A stretch of 32,000 nucleotides of DNA from Polynucleobacter sp. AP-Nino-20-G2 (lineage in GTDB: Bacteria; Pseudomonadota; Gammaproteobacteria; Burkholderiales; Burkholderiaceae): positions 1,622,452 through 1,654,451 of the forward strand of contig NZ_CP061313.1 of assembly GCF_018688235.1 (NCBI RefSeq), given 5' to 3'. The notes below the pieces were generated by a model. The model had not been told where the DNA came from, searched no databases, and saw nothing but the letters and a program-made list of their open reading frames with translations. The position numbers and the translations under genes are program-made. Of this stretch, positions 9,370 to 17,094 are shown piece after piece; positions within the stretch are counted from its first letter, which is position 1, and each line of letters opens with the position of its first letter.

Positions 9370-9378
9370 GACGAATTA
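9359..9378. repeat. Island palindrome copy 3 (AAATCGTTT-A-AGACGAATTA)
   Basis: One arm mismatch. It contains the TAA stop of the plus-strand gene (9367-9369) and directly follows the TAG stop of the minus-strand recombinase as an in-frame TAA. Confidence 0.7.
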
Positions 9379-9951
9379 CTAGATTAGTTCTACTGCTTTA
9401 CGCTTTTGATCGTCGTTGCAGTCTATATAGTGCTGCACACTGGATAACTGTCTGTGTCCACTCAATCCCATGATCACCCTCACCCCAACACCCTTAGCCG
9501 CTAAGTTGGTAATAAAGCTCCTTCTACCCGAATGACTACTAGCCCCTGGAATAGCTGCACGTTGATATAGATAGTGGAAGAACTGAGTGGCTGTATTGGC
9601 ACTAAAGCCATCACTGCCTTTCTTCTGGGAATAAAATAGTTTTTCCCGGGGATCATTGGGGGTATAGATCTTGATATAGGCAGCCAATTCTTTTTTAAGC
9701 TTCTCGCTAATAAACACGGTGCGGGCGTAACCACCCTTCGCTTGCTCTGGGCGCAACATGATCTCATTTTTGATAGCGCCTTCTGCGTCTACTACGTCCG
9801 CAAAACGTAAAGAAGCCATTTCCGCAACACGTAATCCTGCGTAATGTGTAATCAGTAGCATAGCCCTATTTCTAGCGCAATGCTTGCGTGTAGCAATGTG
9901 ATCTAAAACTCTACGTAATTCTTGCGCGGTTAATGTTTTCGCTTGTTTCAT
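9379..9951 (-). CDS. Small tyrosine recombinase (catalytic domain only, 190 aa)
   Basis: Arg-I box HYAGLRVAEMASLRFADV, HSGRRSFITNLA (H-x-x-R), GHRQLSSVQHYI (catalytic Tyr). GGGAGA SD. Confidence 0.85.
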   Translation of the reverse strand: MKQAKTLTAQELRRVLDHIATRKHCARNRAMLLITHYAGLRVAEMASLRFADVVDAEGAIKNEIMLRPEQAKGGYARTVFISEKLKKELAAYIKIYTPNDPREKLFYSQKKGSDGFSANTATQFFHYLYQRAAIPGASSHSGRRSFITNLAAKGVGVRVIMGLSGHRQLSSVQHYIDCNDDQKRKAVELI

Positions 9952-10150
9952 TCTGCAATCTCCCTAAATCAAATAAAAGTCACACATTCAATGTAATTTC
10001 TTATGTGCGTGAAGTCGACCTAAAAAGGTCATCTGATATTTAGTGAGATTTCTTCAATGATCACAATGGTTTAGAGACGATCAGCAGGAAAATATAAGGT
10101 TTTGCGTATTTACTTACATTTACACATCTCAAAGCCAATTACACCCAATT

Positions 10151-10192
10151 GAAGAAAACAGCCGAATTGCGTTTTATCTATGCAATCGGCTG
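10151..10192 (-). terminator. Rho-independent terminator after the 177-aa ORF
   Basis: Minus strand reads CAGCCGATTGC-ATAGATAAAAC-GCAATTCGGCTG followed by TTTTCTTC. Confidence 0.7.
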
Positions 10193-10222
10193 CCATACTA
10201 CTAAATCCAAATATAAACAGCT

Positions 10223-10756
10223 CTAAGCAGCGAGCCTTTGTTTAAGGTCTGCATCGTAGTTTGATGAAAAGTAATCTGGGCTATTGCCAGTCTTTTCCCG
10301 GCATGAGCGCATGGGGAAATGCTCGCTCAACACCAATTCATGCTTATCATCCACAAGCGCCACGGTTAATTGGCAGGTGCGTAAATCCACCGTAACAAAC
10401 CCCATGACCTTGGGCTTTGACATCGCACTATCAAATCGCTTGATCCAGCTGCATAGGATGTGTTCGCCGTGATTGGCGGACTGGACATCTATATTGATTT
10501 TTTGGTAATGGGCAATGACCATTCCCAGCGCCTCCATATCGATATCGGTAGTAGCTGTATGTTGCCACTGGGTAAATGGCACTAGATCGATTAAATACTT
10601 TAAGTGCTGCTGTGGAAGGTCTAAAGTTCCATTAAATACTGCGTTGTAATACATGCCCTTGCCAAAAGTTTTGCCGAACTTTGGGTTGTTATATAAACGC
10701 ACTGCTATTTTTGTTCCTTGTTTTGTTACTTGTTTTGTTATTTGCTTTGTCTCCAT
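10223..10756 (-). CDS. Hypothetical protein (177 aa) with an N-terminal TKQ repeat
   Basis: AGGAGAAAGAG SD. The N-terminus METKQITKQVTKQGTK is encoded by a 12-nt tandem DNA repeat. Confidence 0.65.
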   Translation of the reverse strand: METKQITKQVTKQGTKIAVRLYNNPKFGKTFGKGMYYNAVFNGTLDLPQQHLKYLIDLVPFTQWQHTATTDIDMEALGMVIAHYQKINIDVQSANHGEHILCSWIKRFDSAMSKPKVMGFVTVDLRTCQLTVALVDDKHELVLSEHFPMRSCREKTGNSPDYFSSNYDADLKQRLAA

Positions 10757-10800
10757 CTCTTTCTCCTGATATGGTCTAGTTGCGGGTTGCTTTGTTGCCT

Positions 10801-10945
10801 CTAGTCACAAACCCAGAAAAGAAGTCACTTGTCTGGGTTACTAGTCGCTTCATGCCTTAAGCAGTAGCTAGTAACTAGCAACTAGTTACTTGTAACTTTG
10901 TTTCTTCTTGTTACCTAGTAACCCATAGCAACTCAAAGCAACTCA
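10801..10945. repeat. Iteron-like array of about 10 CTAGTAAC-type 7-8-mers
   Basis: CTAGTCAC, CTAGTCGC, then a period-7 run CTAGTAA/CTAGCAA/CTAGTTA/CTTGTAA (10868-10895), then CTTGTTAC, CTAGTAAC, ATAGCAAC and AAAGCAAC. Confidence 0.6.
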
Positions 10946-11023
10946 CATTTTTATTTATGCCTTCTAGATAAGATCTGAAATTTATTCTTTGGTTTTCGCT
11001 GGGTTTCACAAGATTTCGATCCC

Positions 11024-11057
11024 ATTGCTTATTGATCTAGCTATTGCTTCATTGATC
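11024..11057 (+). promoter_or_regulatory. Direct repeat ATTGCTT(A/CA)TTGATC x2 upstream of the plus-strand gene cluster
   Basis: Two copies of 14-15 nt separated by 5 nt, about 85-118 nt upstream of the ATG at 11142. Confidence 0.35.
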
Positions 11058-11141
11058 CGTTGTTTTTCCATGCCAGATCAGGTCGACCCTTTTGCAGGGC
11101 GACACTATCGTTAAGACTCTACTAACAACAAGGAGTTTTCA

Positions 11142-11585
11142 ATGTCCGTTCTAACAAGTCTTAAATTAATAACAGGTAAGCGCCCGGTATCAGCTAGCCC
11201 AATCGTACTGCGCAGAAACAAGATGGCCAATAAGATTGCTGAGCAGTTGGCACTTTGCGAAGCTCAAAAGTCAGGGCAGCTATACCAACCCAAAGTCTCA
11301 CGCACTTATACAAACAAGCAAACGGGCGAACGCATGACTGTAGACACAGTAAAACGTGTACGTCAGTGGTTTTACATCAGCCCCGAGGGCAAGATCAACT
11401 TAACTCTTAAGTACGGCAGCAAAGTATTACCCCTGAATAAAAAAGGGGCTAATGCAATTGAACTAGCTTCAGGCGATGAGCTCATAGCCACACTGAAGAA
11501 TCTACAGACTGCCGTGCTAAACGGTGATTTAGATGAAGCTATTAATGAAGTAAGCGAGATGACTCGCAATTCATTTAAGAAATGA
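11142..11585 (+). CDS. Hypothetical protein (147 aa)
   Basis: AAGGAG SD 7 nt upstream. No family assigned with confidence. Confidence 0.7.
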   Translation: MSVLTSLKLITGKRPVSASPIVLRRNKMANKIAEQLALCEAQKSGQLYQPKVSRTYTNKQTGERMTVDTVKRVRQWFYISPEGKINLTLKYGSKVLPLNKKGANAIELASGDELIATLKNLQTAVLNGDLDEAINEVSEMTRNSFKK

Positions 11586-11644
11586 TGACCCAGGGCTAGT
11601 TTGCAATCGTGCAACTAGCCCATTTTTAACTTTAGGAGAATTAC

Positions 11645-11791
11645 ATGAATACTTACTCAGCTTACGTCCGTGCCAATGGATTTGTAGTCCAAACCAGAAT
11701 CTGTGCAAACAGCGTTTCAGATGCAATCTTTTTACTCAAAGGCCAATATGGTGCTGATAATTTGGTGCATTTACCTCAGCAAATCGACTAA
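11645..11791 (+). CDS. Small ORF (48 aa) below the ORF-track cutoff
   Basis: AGGAGA SD upstream of the ATG at 11645. Product MNTYSAYVRANGFVVQTRICANSVSDAIFLLKGQYGADNLVHLPQQID. Its stop lies 2 nt before the next ATG, which suggests coupling. Confidence 0.5.
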   Translation: MNTYSAYVRANGFVVQTRICANSVSDAIFLLKGQYGADNLVHLPQQID

Positions 11792-11793
11792 AG

Positions 11794-12156
11794 ATGTCAA
11801 ATTCAGAGTTTGATGCTGCAACGCTTGGCCAATTTACCGGTACTGAGCACTATTACCGCATTAGCCCCAGCACAGTCATTACAGATGGCTGCAAATATCT
11901 AGCTGATGAAGCTGGGGCATATTGGCTAATGGATGCAATAGCTAGTTATCTACCCCAATTTACAGGACGTGAGGAATTTATATCTGCCAAGCTCAACGTG
12001 ACAAGAGGTAGTGCTGAGCTAGCGTTAGATAACGGCAATGGGAAAGTACTTGATCGCCAGCACATTCCATTTACTGACTTCCCCATGCCTACCATTACCC
12101 TCTATGCCTGCTGGAGTGGTGACTTCTGGGTACTGCTACTGCCTAGTGAATACTAG
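11794..12156 (+). CDS. DUF6876-like protein (plasmid/ICE-associated family)
   Basis: QFTGTEHYYR...TDGCKYLADEAGAYWLMDAIAS...LLLPSEY matches my memory of the DUF6876 pattern. The family name is not verified. Confidence 0.6.
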   Translation: MSNSEFDAATLGQFTGTEHYYRISPSTVITDGCKYLADEAGAYWLMDAIASYLPQFTGREEFISAKLNVTRGSAELALDNGNGKVLDRQHIPFTDFPMPTITLYACWSGDFWVLLLPSEY

Positions 12157-12159
12157 TAG

Positions 12160-13572
12160 CTATCGTAAGACTGATGATCTGATTTCTTGCTTAGTGATTT
12201 CTTTTTGAACCTTTTGCAGTACCAACTGGGTCAGTAATAGGCTTATTGCCAGCACGGCAACAATCGTTAAACGTGCCACACTAATTCGCTTCTGCTGAAC
12301 TACAGTTCCTGAGTGATCCCAGGCCACAGGCAAACCATTGTCTAAAGCTTTTTTAGCCTGCCAAGCATTAAATGCCTGCACTAATGGATAAAAAATCATA
12401 AAGGAAAGTGCTTTAGATATCACCAGGTATGCCCTAGACTTTGATTCAACCAAACTCATTGGCTGATAGTTTTTATTAAGCACTCTTATCCCTACCGCCA
12501 ACTTACCTATAGTCGTTTGAAATTTATAAATCATGTAGCTGTCATATAGATACAAGAACAAACACAGCCATAGCAAGCCAGTAATTAACTCTGCAATCAT
12601 CAAAAACATAGTTGCGCTAGATGGCACAATTAAAATCAATAGCAAGCCAGGCAAATCAATCAGCCCCGCCACTAGCCAAACAATAAAAATATCTATCGTC
12701 CTTGCCCACAATCTTGACCAGAAAGTTGCCTGAATCATCTCAGCCTCAACTTTGGACTCGATATCTTTAGCTGGATAGCTTAAGTTTTGCGCAGAAGTAT
12801 CTTGCGCTACTTGGGCCCCAGCAGTTTGGAAGCCTTCTTTTAGCCAACGCATAACAAAACGAAGTAATAAAAACCCAAGCCAGCTAATAATGGAAATCAG
12901 CAAGGCAATCAAGAGATCGTCAATGAATGTATCGCTCCAATTATTTAAGCGCACAAATGCCCGAATGACTCCTATAGAGAACACCAAACCTACAGTTGCA
13001 ATTTGCACACGTCGCCACCCTGGATGCCTCTCAACCAAGAGACCAGACTGAACTAGTCGACCCACAAAGAATGCAACAAGCGGAATTAAGCCAATAGCCA
13101 AAAAGCCGAATAGCAATGCAGTCCAATATCTTTTAAAAATATTTCCAAGAGTCTCGCCAACTGATAAAGGTGCATCTACGCAGCCAAAATAATTAAATAA
13201 CTCCATTCGCGCAAAGTAACAGGTCGAATATGAATTGCTATAGAGGTAAGGATTAGCATTACAGTACTGGAAATTCTTTGCATACTTCCAACCAGGCCAC
13301 TGCTCAGTTTGCTCACCATATAGGGCAGCTATTTCAAGCGTGAAGTCACTGCCGTCTGGATATCTGTTAATCGCAGTACAAAAACTAGATTTATGCTGCT
13401 CAACCACTTTAGCTTGGTACTGGTCGGACTCTTTATTCCAATTAATTAGCCCTAAAACAGTCATGCCAACGGAAAAGATCACGGCCATTACTAGCGCAAT
13501 GCTAAAACCGATTTTGAGTCGACTTAAAGCCACTTCTTTAGTTATAAGCGGTTTACTTGAATTTGGAGTCAT
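12160..13572 (-). CDS. Polytopic membrane protein with a C-terminal RDD-like domain
   Basis: 470 aa with many hydrophobic helices. There is a Cys-rich segment after TM1 and the RDD-type stretch RLWARTIDIFIVWLVAGLID. Confidence 0.7.
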   Translation of the reverse strand: MTPNSSKPLITKEVALSRLKIGFSIALVMAVIFSVGMTVLGLINWNKESDQYQAKVVEQHKSSFCTAINRYPDGSDFTLEIAALYGEQTEQWPGWKYAKNFQYCNANPYLYSNSYSTCYFARMELFNYFGCVDAPLSVGETLGNIFKRYWTALLFGFLAIGLIPLVAFFVGRLVQSGLLVERHPGWRRVQIATVGLVFSIGVIRAFVRLNNWSDTFIDDLLIALLISIISWLGFLLLRFVMRWLKEGFQTAGAQVAQDTSAQNLSYPAKDIESKVEAEMIQATFWSRLWARTIDIFIVWLVAGLIDLPGLLLILIVPSSATMFLMIAELITGLLWLCLFLYLYDSYMIYKFQTTIGKLAVGIRVLNKNYQPMSLVESKSRAYLVISKALSFMIFYPLVQAFNAWQAKKALDNGLPVAWDHSGTVVQQKRISVARLTIVAVLAISLLLTQLVLQKVQKEITKQEIRSSVLR

Positions 13573-13583
13573 AGGGAAAGTAT

Positions 13584-13600
13584 ATCGTTTTTAGAACGAT
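13584..13600. repeat. Variant palindrome ATCGTT-TTTAG-AACGAT
   Basis: Same arm sequence as the island palindrome but with a 5-nt spacer. It lies 12 nt upstream of the RDD gene start, in a divergent intergenic region. Confidence 0.35.
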
Positions 13601-13660
13601 CAACATCATGCTCTACGGCAATTACTGAAATCTTATAAATATAAGAAATGGAGAGTGCAA

Positions 13661-14128
13661 ATGAGATTGAATGAATTTTTAAGTGATGATGAGTGGATTC
13701 GTTTGCAACGAATTATGTACACCAGTACCTTGGAAGCGTTAAACACCTATCAAAAACAACGTGCAGCGCAGTATGTCCCAAAGCCCCTTGCTGCAAAGTT
13801 AAAACCCGAGATAGCAAAAAAGGCACGTACCCTAGCAGCACGTAAAGCCAAGCGACCACCCCAAGTTGCAGCACCCAAACCTTTACCCAAACCCAAGCCA
13901 CTACCCCTGCCTGCTACAAGTGGCACCCCAGCGTATCAACCTATCAAAGCACCCACCCCACTACCTGCAGGCACTAGAAGAGTGGCAGCAAGAAACCAAT
14001 CCAAGCCCCCACCACAAAGTGCCAAATTACCGCCCAGTATGCGTGAATTACCAAGCGGTCAAGTAGCTATGATCCATGCCAAAACCGACCCGATAGCGCA
14101 GAAGAATATGGACAAAGAACGAGGCTAG
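13661..14128 (+). CDS. Hypothetical Pro/Lys-rich protein (155 aa; start moved from GTG 13655 to ATG 13661)
   Basis: GGAGAG lies 6 nt upstream of the ATG at 13661. Low-complexity region KPLPKPKPLPLPATSGTP. Confidence 0.5.
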   Translation: MRLNEFLSDDEWIRLQRIMYTSTLEALNTYQKQRAAQYVPKPLAAKLKPEIAKKARTLAARKAKRPPQVAAPKPLPKPKPLPLPATSGTPAYQPIKAPTPLPAGTRRVAARNQSKPPPQSAKLPPSMRELPSGQVAMIHAKTDPIAQKNMDKERG

Positions 14129-14215
14129 AGAGCCGGCAGAGCGGTGGTCCTGGGGATCTATATAACGCAAAAAAGTGCGCTACCGGCACGACAGAGGCTA
14201 TGCGAAATTAGATGC

Positions 14216-15619
14216 TCAAGATTTCTTCTTCTTGAGAGCTTCTTGCTGCTGCTTAAGTTTTTTAGATTGATATACCTCGGGCACTTCAATCTTATTAAAC
14301 AGCGCCCCTCGTGCTTTAGGTGCCCGTACATTTTCAGCAATCGCCTCACCCGTAGCCCTGTCATAGTGCTTGGCAATAATCCCAGGTGAATTACCCAACT
14401 GCAAAGCAATGTCTCGTAGCGGTACCCCATCCATATTCAGTACAGTAGTGGTGTGGGCACTGCGGAAACTATAAAACACCCGCTTCTTACCACTATTGGG
14501 ATCACGCAGCAAATTATGCTCATCCAAAAAGCGATCAAACATATGGTGTGATGTACCCAGCTTGCCACCACTGCGGGTTCTAAAGACATAACCGGGATCA
14601 TTGCTCTCAGTCAGCTTCTTCAAGGTGGTTTTACCATCTGGGTAATTACGAGCCACGATCTCTTTTAGCACCTTGAAGGTTTCATCAAAGCCATTGGCGT
14701 CCCGATCCTTGGTCTTGCCATATACCGATAAGGTCACTGTAGGCTGCCACTCAATTTGCTCAATGAGATTGCCCTCTTCGTCATATTCTTCAATGGGCTT
14801 TTGGGATGATTCATCTTCAGCCAAGAAACCTTCTGCATTGGTCTCTTGGGGCTGCATATCCACAATCTTGGTCTTGTACTTGATGTTTTTCCATTGCAAA
14901 TTCAGCAGCTCTTTACCTGGCCTAGCCCCTGTATCAATCAAGATGCGGACATAGTCATAAAGGAGTTCACGCTGCTCACGCTTGGCTTCAGATCTGCCCC
15001 GTAGAATCCAGGCTGGGAAGTTGGCCAAAATGGCATTGACCTCTTTTATGCTAAAGGTTGCGTAGTTTTCACCCTTGCGCCCTGTGGTCTCTAGCTCGGG
15101 CTTCATGGCTCTAGTCATAAAGCCGCGAATAATGGCCTCTTCAAAGATGTAGTTCAGCGTAACATTATGTTTTCGTACTGTGCTGTAGGCAGGCTCTTTA
15201 CCCATTAGCTCAGCACGATCAAGCTCATATTGCTTGAGTGCTGCGTAATCAATCTTGTTGATGTTCTTATTACCCAGGCAAGGGATTAAGAAATCATCAA
15301 TGATGCGCTTGTACACACTGTAAGAAACTGGGGCTTCACCTTTTTCCGCCTTGTCATCCATGCGTTTCTTGGTTAGGCGAGCGATATCCTTGAACTTCTT
15401 GGTAACTACGGGAATATTGGCTTCTTTTTTAAGCTCAGCGATGCGTTTGAGATCTTTGGCCTTGTCGATGGCCTTTTCGCGATCTCGTAATCTAGTGGAA
15501 GCGATTAGCCACTTGTCATCCACCTTGTAGCGGCATTGCCAAACCGTACTGTTTGGGCGCTTATAGAGAACGAGCTCACGCGGGTAGATTTCGTAGGTGC
15601 TGTCGAGCTTTTCAGGCAT
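14216..15619 (-). CDS. int: Tyrosine integrase (phage/island type, 467 aa)
   Basis: N-terminal arm/SAM-like region. ILIDTGARPGKELLNLQW (Arg I), FYSFRSAHTTT, LQLGNSPGIIAKHYDR (catalytic Tyr). It has the same orientation as the upstream tRNA gene. The track start is a GTG; the ATG is at 15619. Confidence 0.9.
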   Translation of the reverse strand: MPEKLDSTYEIYPRELVLYKRPNSTVWQCRYKVDDKWLIASTRLRDREKAIDKAKDLKRIAELKKEANIPVVTKKFKDIARLTKKRMDDKAEKGEAPVSYSVYKRIIDDFLIPCLGNKNINKIDYAALKQYELDRAELMGKEPAYSTVRKHNVTLNYIFEEAIIRGFMTRAMKPELETTGRKGENYATFSIKEVNAILANFPAWILRGRSEAKREQRELLYDYVRILIDTGARPGKELLNLQWKNIKYKTKIVDMQPQETNAEGFLAEDESSQKPIEEYDEEGNLIEQIEWQPTVTLSVYGKTKDRDANGFDETFKVLKEIVARNYPDGKTTLKKLTESNDPGYVFRTRSGGKLGTSHHMFDRFLDEHNLLRDPNSGKKRVFYSFRSAHTTTVLNMDGVPLRDIALQLGNSPGIIAKHYDRATGEAIAENVRAPKARGALFNKIEVPEVYQSKKLKQQQEALKKKKS

Positions 15620-15625
15620 CACAAC

Positions 15626-15654
15626 ACTTTAAATTTTTAAAACGATTACGTCAA
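15626..15654 (-). promoter_or_regulatory. Candidate sigma70 promoter for int (TTGACG-N17-TAAAGT)
   Basis: The -10 ends 6 nt before the int ATG, implying a very short or absent leader. The spacer contains a half-site AATCGTTTTAAAA of the island palindrome. Confidence 0.3.
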
Positions 15655-15676
15655 CGGATTTTGTAGAAGCGAAATA

Positions 15677-16177
15677 TTAAGAGTCGCTTCCCTTTTCGAG
15701 AAACTGAAACCATTTACTTAAATTAAGCTGTATGACCAAAAACGAAGCAATCAACATGCTCATTGAAAATGCCGCTATAGCCAAGCAGAAAGCTGTAGAC
15801 CATGAATTCATCAATAAGCCAACTGTAAATTGAGTTGATGCCGACAATAGGCAAAAAAATACAGAAAATGAAAGTACCCTGCTAAGTCTTTTAAGTGGTC
15901 CATATTGGGTCAACTTTGGATTTATGGTCCTTAGCTCTTCAACCTTCTCAATGTATTGCTTATTGTCATAAAGACTTTCTTTTATTTTAATGAGTATCCC
16001 CGTTTTCAAGGACAGCAAAAAACCACCCATAGTAAGAAAGCCGGTGAACAAGCTGGCACGTAAATTCTTTTCATAGAACAAGTTCACATCGCCAAAATAA
16101 TATTGAACCAATGTAAAAACTAGAATCCCAACCAAAGCTGGAACACCGTATAAAGAAAAGTTAGCTATTGCTTTCAA
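15677..16177 (-). CDS. Small four-TM membrane protein (166 aa), second gene of the orphan module
   Basis: TTG start 2 nt after the upstream TAA, with AAGGG 6 nt upstream. Hydrophobic segments at about residues 7-28, 41-63, 101-122 and 128-151. Charged loop KESLYDNKQYIEKVEELR. Confidence 0.7.
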   Translation of the reverse strand: MKAIANFSLYGVPALVGILVFTLVQYYFGDVNLFYEKNLRASLFTGFLTMGGFLLSLKTGILIKIKESLYDNKQYIEKVEELRTINPKLTQYGPLKRLSRVLSFSVFFCLLSASTQFTVGLLMNSWSTAFCLAIAAFSMSMLIASFLVIQLNLSKWFQFLEKGSDS

Positions 16178-16179
16178 TC

Positions 16180-17094
16180 TTAACCCTTAATAGGAGTGCT
16201 AAAAAAAGGAAGTTTACTTTTATATGTAGATTGCATTTTTTTCATAAACCAAGAGTCATTAAAGTCTTGGGGATGAAGACTCTTCATTTTCTCCGCAATC
16301 TCGTCAAACTCAAATTCTGCAAATACCTCAAGATTGTCTTCAAGAAAAATCACCTGCTGTTCTCCGTGTTGATCCTCCCCTACTAACTTGGCTTTATCAA
16401 ATAACTTTCCAGCTACAGCCTTTTTAATGGCTGAAACTACTGAAGAAAGGCTTGCTTGCTTATCGAATCCATAGCTCTGGCTTACCCTGGAAGCCATACC
16501 AGATAATGGTGTAAGACTGGGCTCATCCACATTCAAAGTCGCAACAGTGAAATCAAAAGACTTCACTCTAGCCATGTTGATTAGCAACTTTTCAAAATTT
16601 TCTTTTTTACAGATATAGTTCCAGTCAAATGTATCGTTATATTTTTCTTTGATGGCCTTTTTATCTTTTTCCTTTTTAGCAGCCTCTAACTCCCTATTGC
16701 AAATAGATTTTGAAAATTCAGCGAACTTCTTACGGAACATAAATCCCAGCGTATTTAATGCGCAAGAATGATAGTAGTGCTGATAAAGCCCCCTCCCTGT
16801 TTTAGAATTGACTATAAAAAAATTAAATTCGGCTAACTCAGAATTCGGAGATACGTCTCTTGAATTTATTTCAATCTCCCCATCCTTTTCCATCAACTCA
16901 ATAAACTGCCTGATGTCTTTTGTAGTTATAACAAGACCAGAGTAATAGCCATCTTTTGACTGAACATATACGAATCTTTTAAAGCCACCAAATTCATAAC
17001 CTTTAATTGGATTTTCAACCAAATAATCAAGAAACACTCCCAATGGCACCTGACTGCCAGTCCGAAATTCAACGCCGTGTAACTTAACCTTCAT
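16180..17094 (-). CDS. Unknown soluble protein (304 aa from ATG 17094; 308 aa if TTG 17106), first gene of the orphan module
   Basis: Long intact ORF in very AT-rich DNA. K/E-rich linker ELEAAKKEKDKKAIKEKY. I see no Walker, nuclease or recombinase motif. Confidence 0.75.
   Translation of the reverse strand: MKVKLHGVEFRTGSQVPLGVFLDYLVENPIKGYEFGGFKRFVYVQSKDGYYSGLVITTKDIRQFIELMEKDGEIEINSRDVSPNSELAEFNFFIVNSKTGRGLYQHYYHSCALNTLGFMFRKKFAEFSKSICNRELEAAKKEKDKKAIKEKYNDTFDWNYICKKENFEKLLINMARVKSFDFTVATLNVDEPSLTPLSGMASRVSQSYGFDKQASLSSVVSAIKKAVAGKLFDKAKLVGEDQHGEQQVIFLEDNLEVFAEFEFDEIAEKMKSLHPQDFNDSWFMKKMQSTYKSKLPFFSTPIKG

Noticed and set aside
14144-14430. ORFs 14144-14389 (+) and 14158-14430 (-) at the 3' end of the integrase gene.
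   Set aside because: They overlap the integrase reading frame, which carries the catalytic Tyr region here. They have no SD or recognisable product.
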